DNA from: Lytechinus pictus
Taxonomy: Eukaryota
Assembly (NCBI RefSeq): GCF_037042905.1
Contig: NC_087248.1
Coordinates: 10,292,001 to 10,356,000, forward strand
DNA length: 64,000 nt
Reading direction: 5' to 3'
The translations under genes and the position numbers were made by a program. Every line of letters begins with the position of its first letter. Within the stretch, counting starts at the first letter, position 1. Shown one piece after another: positions 51,457-64,000 of the stretch. The notes beneath the pieces were generated by a model. It saw only the letters and a list, made by a program, of their open reading frames with translations, searched no databases and was not told the origin of the DNA.

Positions 51457-52126
51457 GGATTTTGCTTATTACGTTTGTATCATTTTTTTTCATCGGGTGG
51501 CAAATAGAATCCTCCATTTTACTTTAATAATCAGCCTATAATGCAAATGATATAATAGTTTTATTGGGTGTGCAAAATAAAACACAATATTCTGAATAAC
51601 ATGAAGAAGACGATGAAGATCAATACCATAGTTATTGTCGAGAGAAATGATACTTTTACATAATATTCAATCATTTAACCGCCAGGGTTGAATATCTAAA
51701 ACGATCTATGCTTTCAAGTAGACATTTCCTTTATAAAATTATGCCCTTATACTTGTAACTGTTAAAAAATAGTTATAGACCTATACGGCATGTTCGGTGT
51801 GTAGGAAAAAAATCATGTATTCTGAATAAATATAAGGAAAGCAATAAAGGTCATTATCATGATCATTGTACAATAGAAAATTTAGCAAGTATACAAAATT
51901 ATTGTTTATCTTAACTTGCATTATGTATCATTTATTCTTGGTCATTATTATGCACATTTTTTATCTTAGAAAAGATATGCGATATAATCTTTTTGTTATA
52001 GGATTATCATGAAAACTGGTATATCGCGTGTACTTTCTCTTCATGCTGAAACTGGAATTTAAAGCCATACAATGATCAATGTATTTTGCAAACTTCTGTT
52101 GGATGAAATTGCAGTACTAGTGGACT

Positions 52127-52391
52127 CAGTAGCGTACCTACGGGGGGGGCACTCTGCCCCCCCCCCTGACGAGCCACAACCCATACAAAAGACATATACC
52201 TGCCCCCCCTGACGAGCTTAAAATACCTTTTTTGCCCCCCCTGACGAGCTTGAAGACCTTTATTGCCCCCCCCCCTGATGAACTTGAATTGAAGACCTTT
52301 TTTTTTTTTTTTTGCTTGTCAATTTTTTTGGCGGCCGATTTTGCCCCCCCCCCCCCCCCCCCCGCTGTGGAAAATCCTAGGTACGCCAGTG
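52127..52391. mobile_element. hAT-type MITE
   Basis: CAGTAGCGTACCTA ... TAGGTACGCCAGTG; 8-bp TSD AGTGGACT; internal GCCCCCCCTGACGAG repeats. Confidence 0.88.
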
Positions 52392-54090
52392 AGTGGACTG
52401 CAATTTCATCTAAAACCATGGTTTGAATCAGTGACTGGGGTGGTTGGTATTCCTCAAAATGTCCAAACTACATTCCACTGCATGTCCTTTCCAGGTTGGT
52501 GAAGTGGGGGAAGGGAACTTTTCTTCACCAATGATTTGGTCCCCCTTGTAAAAAAAAACCACAAACAAACTGAGAATTGATTTAACTTTGAGAGACATGT
52601 ATAGGTTTAAAATGTACACCAAAAGAAGTCATCACTAAGAAAATCCGATAACAATGTATTAATTGAATTAAGTTCCCCTTTTTCTTTCCGTTTCCGTAAT
52701 ACGGGGAGGGGTTTCCGCGGTCTCAACAACCCCCCCCCCCCCCCTCTTGTACGGCTTTGCGATGTCTTTATGCGATTCGCATAAACTATTTAATGCTTGG
52801 TTTATTATGAAAGTTGAAGACTAATGCCAACTAGGAGCAGTTAAAGGTGCGATTTTGTACCCACTTTATACCTTTCAGAAAGTAAAGCACCTTAAAATAG
52901 CAGCTTTGCAGCATTTTCACTCCTCAAATGTTGAAATGTTTCTCCCATTCACTCTTAGCTCCCAAAAATATTCAGTCATAGCAAAAATCTTGCAGGTCGT
53001 TATATAAATTTTGCTCGCGCTTTTTGCAAACAGTGGTTGTTGATTGAGATAAATAAATGATCTGTTTAATAGAATAACATGGGGCTTAAAAATCAAGTGC
53101 TGAAGTCAATATGCACAAATTGGTCTCGCTATTCAAGTTTTCATTAATCGTTTTACGCGTCCTGCATGTTCATGAATACAAAAAGTGATGAAAATAGACC
53201 CCAAAAAATCATCTCGCGCCAATTGTTTAGTTAGATAGATATCCATCCTGTTCGTGGTTACAACAATTAGTGCTTATATAGAACATCAAGTTATCATCTC
53301 ACGATATAAAACAATCAGCTCGTGCTTTACTTTCGCATTGTTTGATGTGATATCATCTTCAAATGTCAGTAGGGCCTATTTAGCTCGCGCTTGATTTTGT
53401 GAAACGTTAAAAAAAGTGTCCGCCTTTGCCCCCCCCCCCCCCTAGTTCAAAAATCCTGGTGCCGCCACTGATCTTTCATATTTCAAAGAAATACGAATGT
53501 CACACTGGGAGCAGTGAACGATGCAGTTACATACATATTTTGTACCTTTCAGAAAGGGGAGCACCTTTAAACGAGGAACTTTGCACATTTCATTTCAAGA
53601 CGTACAAGTTTATTTTACACCTATATTGTGCTCCATGTGTGACATATATAGAGAGATAAATCATGTCCTTTAAAATAATTATTATGCTATACATTTAGTG
53701 TCAGTGTGATGTTCCTCTGACAAGCGGATATGCTTTTGTTTTTCTTACTAAAAGAGCGTTACCGGTAGAATACTAGTATAATAGTTGAATATTTTATTCA
53801 AATCTTAATCATTTTCTTAAAAATTGTGTGAAGAAAAATGTGACATCATATTATTTTGGGTTTCTTTTATGTCATGAACAGGCATTTTCAATGTCTAAAT
53901 CAATACTATTACGTCAAGGGATTTTGGTGATCATGTGAAAAGTATTTAAGATAACTCTTTCACAAAAATAAGAAATGTTTTATTGTTGGTTGTAAAAAAA
54001 ATGTTGTTTTTTACCCATTTTAAGTATATATTAATACTTCTTTCCTCATGCATGGTAATACAATAACTTGTACTAAGTTCTATGATTTAA

Positions 54091-54670
54091 AGGTCAAGTC
54101 CACCCAAGTAAAATGATGATTTGAATAAATAGAGAAAAATCAAACTATATAGTATAACGCTGACAATTTCATTAAAATCGGATGTGAAATAAGAAAGTTA
54201 TGAAATTTCAAAATTCCGCTTATTTTTACAAAACATTAATATGCACAACTCGGTGACATGCAAATGAGACGGTCGATGAAGTCCCTCATTCACTATTTCT
54301 TTTGTTTTCAATTGTTTGAATTATACAATATTAAATTTTTTACAGATTTGACAATAAGGACCATTTTTATTGAACTATATAGTATTGAACAATGCTAATT
54401 CCACATGTTCATGGAGGAAATACCCGTTGTTTTACTTGACAATGAGGAGAAAACCAGAATATTTCATAATCCATAATGAAATACAAAAGAAATAGTGAGT
54501 GGATGACGTCATCAGTCTCCTCATTTGCATATACCGACCAGGATGTGAATATAACTGTTTTGTGAAATTAAAGCGAAACTTTAAAATGTCATAACTTTCT
54601 TATTTCCAGTGTTATGCTTGTTGGATTTTTCTCTATTTATTCAAATCAACTTTTTGTTGGGGTGGACCCT
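54091..54670. mobile_element. Kolobok-type MITE, older copy
   Basis: TTAA|AGGTCAAGTCCACCC ... GGGGTGGACCCT|TTAA; homologous to 27289-27893 in opposite orientation. Confidence 0.8.
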
Positions 54671-55057
54671 TTAAGTCCTTTTAGCAACTTTCTCCCAATT
54701 GTTTTAGCCTATGATGTTAAAATAATTGTTTCATTATTCTCTGATTTTGTTTTGTGTCTGTTTGATTGTTTTACTCTTACTGGTTTAACGTTTTGTTTTA
54801 TATTATTGCATTGTAAATGGAGGGCAGGCCCTATATACTGCACACCGTGTTATACAGTGTGTTCACTTGCAAGTGCATTGATCACTGTGCAAATTCAATT
54901 CATGATTTCATGTTGTTTCCACCCTTTGAATAACGTATGAGACACTGTTATTTTCAGTGGGTGGTTACAGTGTGTGTAACCATGGTGTAACCGTTTGTAA
55001 CAGAAAGAAATAAAAGCTATATTGGAATGGATTGAAAAGAAGGAGTGCGCATGGTTA

Positions 55058-56170
55058 AAGTCCACCGAGGCATGTTTATGACAGAGCTATATTTTCAAAC
55101 ATTGATTCTGTATATAAACACCACATGCGACCGAGGAGCTTCCCCGTAATCACATCTTGCAATTAATACAAATTCAATAATTTCGAGAAAATATACCGTA
55201 CTTTATGTTGTTTAATTCTATTGAATTTGTATTATAGAGATGTGATTACGGGGAGCTTCTTTAATGTGCTGTTGTACAGAATCAAAGTTTTCAAAATTCA
55301 TAGCTCACATAATAGCCTATATGCATTCATAATCAAACACATCTATACCCTGCTATATGGGAAGAAATATACATATAATAATTCATTCCTTTTGAATCAT
55401 CTCAAAAAATAAATATAGAATTCAACCTATCTGATTACAATTTCTCTACAAGTGTGTGTTTGTTTTGTTTGGGGGCTTATTGTGGTTAGTCTACACGTAT
55501 AACGCGTTCGTGTGAAATTGCACTGATCCGATTGCGCAATGTGAGAGGAAGGATGTACCCAAGGATGTACCTAATTAACCCCAAGATCGACGATTGCAAA
55601 AAGTCCACCAAGGCATGTTTATTTATGACAGAGCTATATTTTCAAACATTGATTCTGTACATTAACACCACATGCGATCGAGAGGCTTCCCCGTAATCAC
55701 ATCTTGCAATGAATACAAATTCAATAATTTCGAGAAAATAATATACTTTATGTTGTTTAATTCTATTGAATTTGTATTATAGAGATGTGATTACGGGGAG
55801 CTTCTTTAATGAGGTGTTGTACAGAATCAAAGTTTTCAAAGTTCATAGCTCACATAAGCCTAATCATAATTATTTGCTATGCATTCATAATCAAACACAT
55901 TTATTTCATATACCCTGCTATATGGGAAGAAATACATATATAATAATTCATTCCTTTTGAATCATCACAAAAAAAAATAATAATGTTCAACCTATCTGAT
56001 AACAGTTTCTCTACAAGTGTTTTTTTTTTTTTTTTGGGGGGGGGGCGGGTACTTAATTAGATAGTCTACACATAACTATCGCGTTCGTGTGAAGTGTGGT
56101 CGGAGTTGCACTCTCCAAGATTGCGCAATGTGAGAGGAAGGATGTTCCTAACCCCAAGACGATTGCAAAA
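55058..56170. repeat. Tandem duplication (~545-570 bp x2), each unit with a ~250 bp imperfect hairpin
   Basis: AAAGTCCACC.AGGCATGTTTAT starts at ~55058 and ~55600; CCCGTAATCACATCT..AATACAAATTCAATA / TATTGAATTTGTATT..AGATGTGATTACGGG. Confidence 0.85.
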
Positions 56171-56743
56171 TGATCAACAGACTGATATGACTTAAAGCCC
56201 GCGTCAAAAATATCGTTTTGTCATTTTTTTTCATAACTACACTCTTGTAATTACTCGAAGAAAATTGATTTGAGTAAATATAGAGAAAATAAAATCTATA
56301 GGAGGCATAATATTGGAAAATCTCATCAAAATCAGATGTAAAATAACTGAAAACAATAAAGTTGTGACAAAATAGCCTACACAGTGAAAATGCTGGTAAA
56401 AGAATTATTCAACGTTGTTTACTGCCATGAATAGTTCAGTTATTAAACATTTAGTTCAGTTATTAAACATTTTAAACAACCATACTTACTTTATTATATA
56501 TATAATCACCCACTCACTAAGAGTCCATTTTTTGTACATGCAATAATTAAGTCAAGTTCACCCCAGAAGAAAGTTGGTTTTAGAGAAAAATCAAAGAAGC
56601 ATAACACTGAAATTTTAATCAATTTCAGATGTAAAAAGGAAAATGTTTCGACATTTTGAAGTTCAGCTTATTTTTCACAAAACAGTTATAATATGCACAC
56701 CTCAGTGATATGCAAATGAGAGAATCGATAATGTCCCTCACTC

Positions 56744-56900
56744 ACCGTGGCCGAGTGGTCTAAGGCGCCTGGCTATACATGGAAAGTCCGGGGTTCGATC
56801 CCCGGCTGCGGCACCTATGCCCGTGAGCAAGGCATGTAATCTACAATGTTCTTTTATCCTGCTTTCAAATAAATGGAAATGCTATATGCATTATTGGTAA
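56744..56900 (+). mobile_element. tRNA-derived SINE inserted in a Kolobok-type MITE remnant (~56550-57310)
   Basis: GTGGCCGAGTGGTCTAAGGCGCC ... GGGTTCGATCCCCGGC ... CCCGTGAGCAAGGCA. Confidence 0.75.
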
Positions 56901-57530
56901 CTAGGTGTGCACTTGTTTGTTAAAAAAATAATAATAAAAAAAACTCTCTATTTATTTTGTGTTTTATTGTTTGAATAATACATTTTTTCCCCAGGGGAGG
57001 GGCAGGCAAATTTGCTAGTACATTATTTCCAAACACCCCCCCCCCCCCCCCTAAACGACGAGTTTTAGAGTGCAAAATAACCAACAAGTTTTTCGTTGGC
57101 TTCATTTACACATTTTGGCCCCTTAACAAGTTGTCGCCAGAATATGACCTCTAAAAAAATTCTTAGAACAAAACAAAATTGGTCACGCATAGCTGTACGG
57201 CAATTTGACTCCCCCCGGGCAATTTTTACTGATTTGAAAATATAAGGACCTCCTTGTATTTGAACCACAGAACATTGGTAATTCCACATGTTCAGGGAGG
57301 AATAAACGTTTGTGTGAATGTTAGCCCCTGCAAAACTTTTTTTTTCTTTCTTTCTCTCTCTCTCTCTCTCTCTTCAATTCTTTAATTTAGTCTTCCGTTT
57401 TTTTCTTTCTTTATTCTTTCTTTCGATCTTTTCCTTCTTTTTTTTCTTTCTTTCAATATTCTTTCTTTGATTCTCAGTTCTTTCTTTGTTTCTTTAACTA
57501 GCTTTCTTTCTTTCTTAATTCTTTAATTTA

Positions 57531-57727
57531 NNNNNNNNNNNNNNNNNNNNNNNNNNNNNNNNNNNNNNNNNNNNNNNNNNNNNNNNNNNNNNNNNNNNNN
57601 NNNNNNNNNNNNNNNNNNNNNNNNNNNNNNNNNNNNNNNNNNNNNNNNNNNNNNNNNNNNNNNNNNNNNNNNNNNNNNNNNNNNNNNNNNNNNNNNNNNN
57701 NNNNNNNNNNNNNNNNNNNNNNNNNNN
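57531..57727. other. Assembly gap
   Basis: Run of N. Confidence 1.
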
Positions 57728-57825
57728 CTTTCTTTCTCTCCCATATCCTCCATTTTGCCAAATGGTACCGGTATATGAATTTGCCGACTGCCCATGCCAG
57801 AATGTTGGGGGTGTGGTGTCTAAAT

Positions 57826-58382
57826 CCCGGGGGGGCCACTTCCTTTCACGAATGGATACCATGCGCGACCATGGGGTCTCGAAAAGCACCCTAAACACGT
57901 AATTTCCATATTCTGAAAATGCACCCCTTAACAAGTATTGGCGTGTGAAACCCTACCCTTAACAAGTATTGGAAACAAAACGACACTCTTGGCAAATATT
58001 CCCTGAAATGAACCCCTAAACAAGCAGGAATGTTTTATTGTTACGGGTCCCTTCGGTCGTCGGCTTTACCTTATTTGGTTTAGTACGACCCCACCTTCTA
58101 CACCTTGCGCAAATCGGACTCTAAACACGAAGTGTTGGGGCAAAATGGACATCCTTTATAAAACATTTTAATTTTGTTTTATCATTCCCGCAAATTCGAC
58201 CCTAAACACGTGGCGAAATAGACACCCTTTTTTCATTATTTTTGTGTTTTTGACACCCTAGCTTATCACGTTACGTACGTAACGTGCCCTATCGTGAAAA
58301 GGACATCCTTTTTACGTGTTTTTTTGGTCGCGCATGGTATCCACTCGTCAATGTAAGTGGCCCCCCCCCCCCCCCCCCCGGG
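57826..58382. mobile_element. Non-autonomous DNA element with CCCGGGGG termini and 8-bp TSD
   Basis: GTCTAAAT|CCCGGGGGG..GCCACTT ... AAGTGGCCCC..CCCGGG|GTCTAAAT; internal ACCCTAAACACG repeats. Confidence 0.85.
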
Positions 58383-58772
58383 GTCTAAATGCCAGTGTTT
58401 GGGATGTCAAATCATCAAAAGCTTTTACCGGTAGGTTACTCTTGTCGGAAATAATAAGCACCGAAAAGCTTAGCCGTCAGCAGGACAAATGAAAATGTAC
58501 CTGTGCAACCACCACGAGAATGGCGCACCACGCCGCACGCGTACGCACGTACCATACACATCAAGGAAATATAAGATATCATGCATTTAGCACAGTATCG
58601 GCTGCTGGCGCGGGTGGCACTGTACGCACGTGTAGCAGGCAGGATCTCCTCGCCTCTTACCGGTACCCCATCAATTCGCACGGGACACTGTCGGCTGATT
58701 TTGTCTGAGAATTCCGCTAAACGACGTAGCCTTCCGAAGGAGCGCAGCGGGCAGACTAGAATACGAGTCTAG

Positions 58773-58946
<174 letters not shown>

Positions 58947-59150
58947 TAGGGCTAAGTTCGTGCAGGCTCACGTACGTGCAGTCGCCGCTGGCTAACGTCA
59001 GCTTAATGGACGACGCCATATTGCCAGATTCAGGCAGATTTGGCCCGCGCCATCTCCGGCTACACGTACGTGCAGTCGCCGCTGGCTAACGTCAGCTTAA
59101 TGGACGACGCCATATTGCCAGATTCAGGCAGATTTGGCCCGCGCCCTCTC

Positions 59151-62100
59151 CGGCTAAAGCTCGAACGCCATTCACCCATACACTAATTCCCCTTGATTAC
59201 CGTTGTTAAAAACCTCTGTCATATCTTTTCCAGCATTTTTATGAATTAGCGATTGATGTTTTTCCGTTTATCAGATATCCTTCATTATACACATATTTTT
59301 TTCATATTTATAACATTTTTATTTTAATCACAATTTTAGTCCAAACGCGGGTCAGTTTTTGTTAACCCACGTTGTTTGTGCATGCCCACGTATAGCCTTA
59401 CGCGTATTGAAAGGAATGATGTTGGGTCGAAAAACAGAATTGTTATTGTTTGTTCCTTGTTTGTTGGGGATGAAACTATGATGGCGACCAGTCACGTTTG
59501 ACTGTACCGCCAAATAGTTAAGATTAATTAATTAAGGTCAAGGTGAGATAAGAGAAATGAGCAAGGGGCATTGTGGTGGGGGAGGGGGAGAGGGAGAGGG
59601 GGGGGGGGGTTACGAGGGCCGAGTGGGGATACAGTTTCATCATGCAGTACAGGGCGTCGATGAACACTTTTATTTTTTTCTCCAAAATATGGAAAGTGAC
59701 AGAATAATCAGAAAAAGGTTGATTGGTTCTGATTTTGAAAAAAAAACAGAATTTATCAAGATTGCTGTTATTCTTCATGGTTGTAGAATTTAATTTAGTT
59801 TCTCTGATAAGTATAATTCTTTCAAACAACTCAAATTTTGATTAATCGTATTTCATTTATTTCACTCTTTTCTTTCGCCTCGTTTTTTTTTCTTCCAAAA
59901 AACCAGGGAGCTGAAAAATATGAGAGCTAGAACCTAAAGATATGGGGTAGCTATGACGTTGGAGGGGGCGCAGCCTCATGCACTTGCAGATCCAAATCAA
60001 TTTTCACAGGGGACACTTAGAGTAGCCCCTATTTCTTTAATATTATTTTTACAAGCAAAAAGAAGTCAATGAAGACATCAGGCCACCGACAGCTGCCTCG
60101 TCAAAGGGGGGGGGGGGCGGTCGATTATTTTGAGTATTTTTTTTTTCATTTTGTCCTCAATAAGGGGGGGGGGTTCAATTAATTCTATATACACTTCTAT
60201 TGTCTTTATATATGGGGGGGGGGGGTCTGCTACTGAGCATGTTTTTAAAAGGGCTTAATAAGGGGCTTAATACAACAGAAATTGTACGATTTAATACAAT
60301 AAAATGTATCATCGAGGTTAATACTAAATTAATACATAATTAATAATTGTTTTAATTGAAAATGAAAATAATAAAGGCACCCATAGATCTTAACATCTCA
60401 TAAATACAGGCCTAAACCTGTATTGGAAGTTGAACAGGCATAAAGTATAAATGTTTAGCTATATAGCTGATGCTTTGATCCCGCAACCAAATAATGTTAT
60501 CATAAACTAGTAGATGTTATATCAGTCATGTCAGTGGCGTAACAAGTGAAAATAATTGAGGGTACTACGATATGGCGTATCAGGCAAAATTTATAAAATA
60601 TATAGTTGCAAGCAAGCGACATAAGCATAATTTTGACTTTTGGTTACAAAAATCCAATTGAACAATTTCGCAAGATTCTCTTACCTTTTCCTTTTTTTTC
60701 TTGTTCGTGAATTGGGGACCCACCCCCCCCCCCCCCCATACAGCACCACTCTTTGTTGTCACTGTCTAAAATTTGATTTAAACTTTGAGAATTTGAATTT
60801 CTTATCTAAGTAATCCAAAGGGATAAGACAAATATATTTGCAGATTACTTATTTCAAAGTATTTTTATACCTATAACTCCCCAACTCTGCTCTAGCTGCA
60901 CTGCACGTTGCCTAACGGCCTTCCACCAAAGGGCCAGGCCGACTCGCCCCGTGAGCAAGTGACCGCGTTCGCGTAAGTTCACCCGAAGCCATGACTAAAT
61001 TCTGACCATAAACATCACCTAACTAATCACTCTCTGACAATATTTCAAAGTATCTTTTATTACAGTCGATCCTTTGGGCCATTAAACGATAATATTTCCA
61101 ATGTTATCATGACAAACAATTTTAATGAGATAGTGGCATTGTAGAAAAAACAAATTTATAAGCACGAAATGGCACCAGATAAATCATCAAACATACAGCG
61201 CAGCGTTCGGGACTGGTGAGTGGTACGGCTCTCTTGGAGTTTTCGCCCCGACGAATTCGGCGAAAACGCTACCATTGCGCCGTGCGAATGTTCAATCTGC
61301 GGCTCTCAATCAGAGACTTGAATGTCTCTTTTTGCATTATCGAAAATGTATCATAGACTTTGTTTGATTTGTTTACAAGTAAGTTGCATATCCGTCGTGA
61401 TAATTAGGAAAATCCATGATGTCTTCTTCTAATTCTGTAAAAATTACCTCTTCAAAGTGCCTGTGTCAGAAAATTGCCGGAAATCGTAAAAACTTGCCTA
61501 AAATGTCTCTTTTTGAAAGTTCATCCATGGTCTGGAAAAAAATGTTATAATTTATGTAGACGTATACCGTAAACAAATACATCCTCGATCACTGAAATGA
61601 AGTGTTTGCTAAGCTTTTATATCTCAGACCGCGTTACCATGGCAACTTGGGAAAACCTTTATTTTTTACTAATAAAATTCTGGTTTTAAGGGTCATTTTA
61701 GAGACATAAAACTAACCATATTTTGAAGTATTGGGTTTAAATTTCACATAAAACTGAATTATCTATGTTTATACTTTCGTATATGAATATTCATATTTCT
61801 TGTAGAATCCTAGTTTTTGATTGGTCAATGTTTCAGTCATGGATAATAACTGAGCGTTAAAAAATCTGAAAATGCGCATTTTATCGGCAACCAACAAGCA
61901 AGATGGCGGAACACATTAAGTTGGCGCTATGCACGTACGTGGCTAACGCTCGGCTAAAGCTCGAACGCCATTCACCCATACACTAATTCCCCTTGATTAC
62001 CGTTGTTAAAAACCTCTGTCAAATCTTTTCCAGCATTTTTATGAATTAGCGATTGATGTTTTTCCGTTTATCAGATATCCTTCATTATACACATATTTTT

Positions 62101-64000
62101 TTCATATTTATAACATTTTTATTTTAATCACAATTTTAGTCCAAACGCGGGTCAGTTTTTGTTAACCCACGTTGTTTGTGCATGCCCACGTATAACCCAG
62201 AGAGCTCCGGCCCGGGCCGGAGCTCTCTGGGTTAGCCCACGTATAGCCTTACGCGTATTGAAAGGAATGATGTTGGGTCGAAAAACAGAATTGTTATTGT
62301 TTGTTCCTTGTTTGTTGGGGATGAAACTATGATGGCGACCAGTCACGTTTGACTGTACCGCCAAATAGTTAAGATTAATTAATTAAGGTCAAGGTGAGAT
62401 AAGAGAAATGAGCAAGGGGCATTGTGGTGGGGGAGGGGGAGAGGGGGGGGGGGTTACGAGGGCCGAGTGGGGATACAGTTTCATCATGCAGTACAGGGCG
62501 TCGATGAACACTTTTATTTTTTTCTCCAAAATATGGAAAGTGACAGAATAATCAGAAAAAGGTTGATTGGTTCTGATTTTGAAAAAAAAACAGAATTTAT
62601 CAAGATTGCTGTTATTCTTCATGGTTGTAGAATTTAATTTAGTTTCTCTGATAAGTATAATTCTTTCAAACAACTCAAATTTTGATTAATCGTATTTCAT
62701 TTATTTCACTCTTTTCTTTCGCCTCGTTTTTTTTTCTTCCAAAAAACCAGGGAGCTGAAAAATATGAGAGCTAGAACCTAAAGATATGGGGTAGCTATGA
62801 CGTTGGAGGGGGCGCAGCCTCATGCACTTGCAGATCCAAATCAATTTTCACAGGGGACACTTAGAGTAGCCCCTATTTCTTTAATATTATTTTTACAAGC
62901 AAAAAGAAGTCAATGAAGACATCAGGCCACCGACAGCTGCCTCGTCAAAGGGGGGGGGGGGCGGTCGATTATTTTGAGTATTTTTTTTTTCATTTTGTCC
63001 TCAATAAGGGGGGGGGGTTCAATTAATTCTATATACACTTCTATTGTCTTTATATATGGGGGGGGGGGTCTGCTACTGAGCATGTTTTTAAAAGGGCTTA
63101 ATAAGGGGCTTAATACAACAGAAATTGTACGATTTAATACAATAAAATGTATCATCGAGGTTAATACTAAATTAATACATAATTAATAATTGTTTTAATT
63201 GAAAATGAAAATAATAAAGGCACCCATAGATCTTAACATCTCATAAATACAGGCCTAAACCTGTATTGGAAGTTGAACAGGCATAAAGTATAAATGTTTA
63301 GCTATATAGCTGATGCTTTGATCCCGCAACCAAATAATGTTATCATAAACTAGTAGATGTTATATCAGTCATGTCAGTGGCGTAACAAGTGAAAATAATT
63401 GAGGGTACTACGATATGGCGTATCAGGCAAAATTTATAAAATATATAGTTGCAAGCAAGCGACATAAGCATAATTTTGACTTTTGGTTACAAAAATCCAA
63501 TTGAACAATTTCGCAAGATTCTCTTACCTTTTCCTTTTTTTTCTTGTTCGTGAATTGGGGACCCACCCCCCCCCCCCCATACAGCACCACTCTTTGTTGT
63601 CACTGTCTAAAATTTGATTTAAACTTTGAGAATTTGAATTTCTTATCTAAGTAATCCAAAGGGATAAGACAAAAATATTTGCAGATTACTTATTTCAAAG
63701 TATTTTTATACCTATAACTCCCCAACTCTGCTCTAGCTGCACTGCACGTTGCCTAACGGCCTTCCACCAAAGGGCCAGGCCGACTCGCCCCGTGAGCAAG
63801 TGACCGCGTTCGCGTAAGTTCACCCGAAGCCATGACTAAATTCTGACCATAAACATCACCTAACTAATCACTCTCTGACAATATTTCAAAGTATCTTTTA
63901 TTACAGTCGATCCTTTGGGCCATTAAACGATAATATTTCCAATGTTATCATGACAAACAATTTTAATGAGATAGTGGCATTGTAGAAAAAACAAATTTAT
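59151..64000. repeat. ~2.8 kb near-identical tandem duplication in TFB1M intron 1
   Basis: CGGCTAAAGCTCGAACGCC at 59151 and 61952; the copies stay collinear to the window end and differ mainly in G-run lengths and a 51-bp insertion. Confidence 0.95.
62193..62234. mobile_element. 42-bp perfect palindrome insertion with 9-bp TSD
   Basis: GCCCACGTA|TAACCCAGAGAGCTCCGGCCC-GGGCCGGAGCTCTCTGGGTTA|GCCCACGTA; empty site with a single GCCCACGTA at 59384-59392. Confidence 0.92.

Noticed and set aside
56744-56815. Functional tRNA genes at the SINE heads (also ~5015-5082, 20910-20982, 26130-26198)
   Set aside because: Acceptor or anticodon stems are broken, there is no terminator, and each continues into a SINE body
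58436-58772. Divergent coding gene sharing the TFB1M promoter
   Set aside because: The ORFs have no recognisable similarity and are explained by GC/CpG richness; a minus-strand donor-like site at ~58500 has no downstream exon I can identify

Overview
AT-rich, repeat-dense eukaryotic genomic DNA with spliceosomal introns and three N-gaps. The gene and repeat content suggests a marine deuterostome, probably a sea urchin (inference). Six genes can be assembled by hand from splice signals. (1) A two-exon orphan type I membrane protein (1005-3027, +). (2) A histamine N-methyltransferase-like gene (12167-9209, -) whose last exon is frameshifted by an apparent microhomology deletion. (3) A SUEL/rhamnose-binding lectin exon split by a TTAA-targeting MITE (27004-27920, +). 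(4) An intact six-exon clan-2 cytochrome P450 (35524-42647, +). (5) A two-exon RING-Bbox-Bbox-coiled-coil TRIM (47667-50650, +). (6) Exon 1 of TFB1M (58797-58917, +). Between them are many non-autonomous DNA transposons with readable target-site duplications (TSDs), several nested, plus tRNA-derived SINEs and a decayed L2/CR1-group LINE. The most unusual element is a near-homogeneous 405-407 bp tandem array (23711-25601, running into a gap). Each unit carries a complete cloverleaf tRNA-like gene with a UCA (opal-reading) anticodon, a short variable loop (so not tRNA-Sec), Pol III A/B boxes and a T-run terminator, followed by a structured spacer. Also notable are two 42-45 bp pure-hairpin insertions with TSDs (one with its empty site present in the window) and a minimal hammerhead ribozyme motif.
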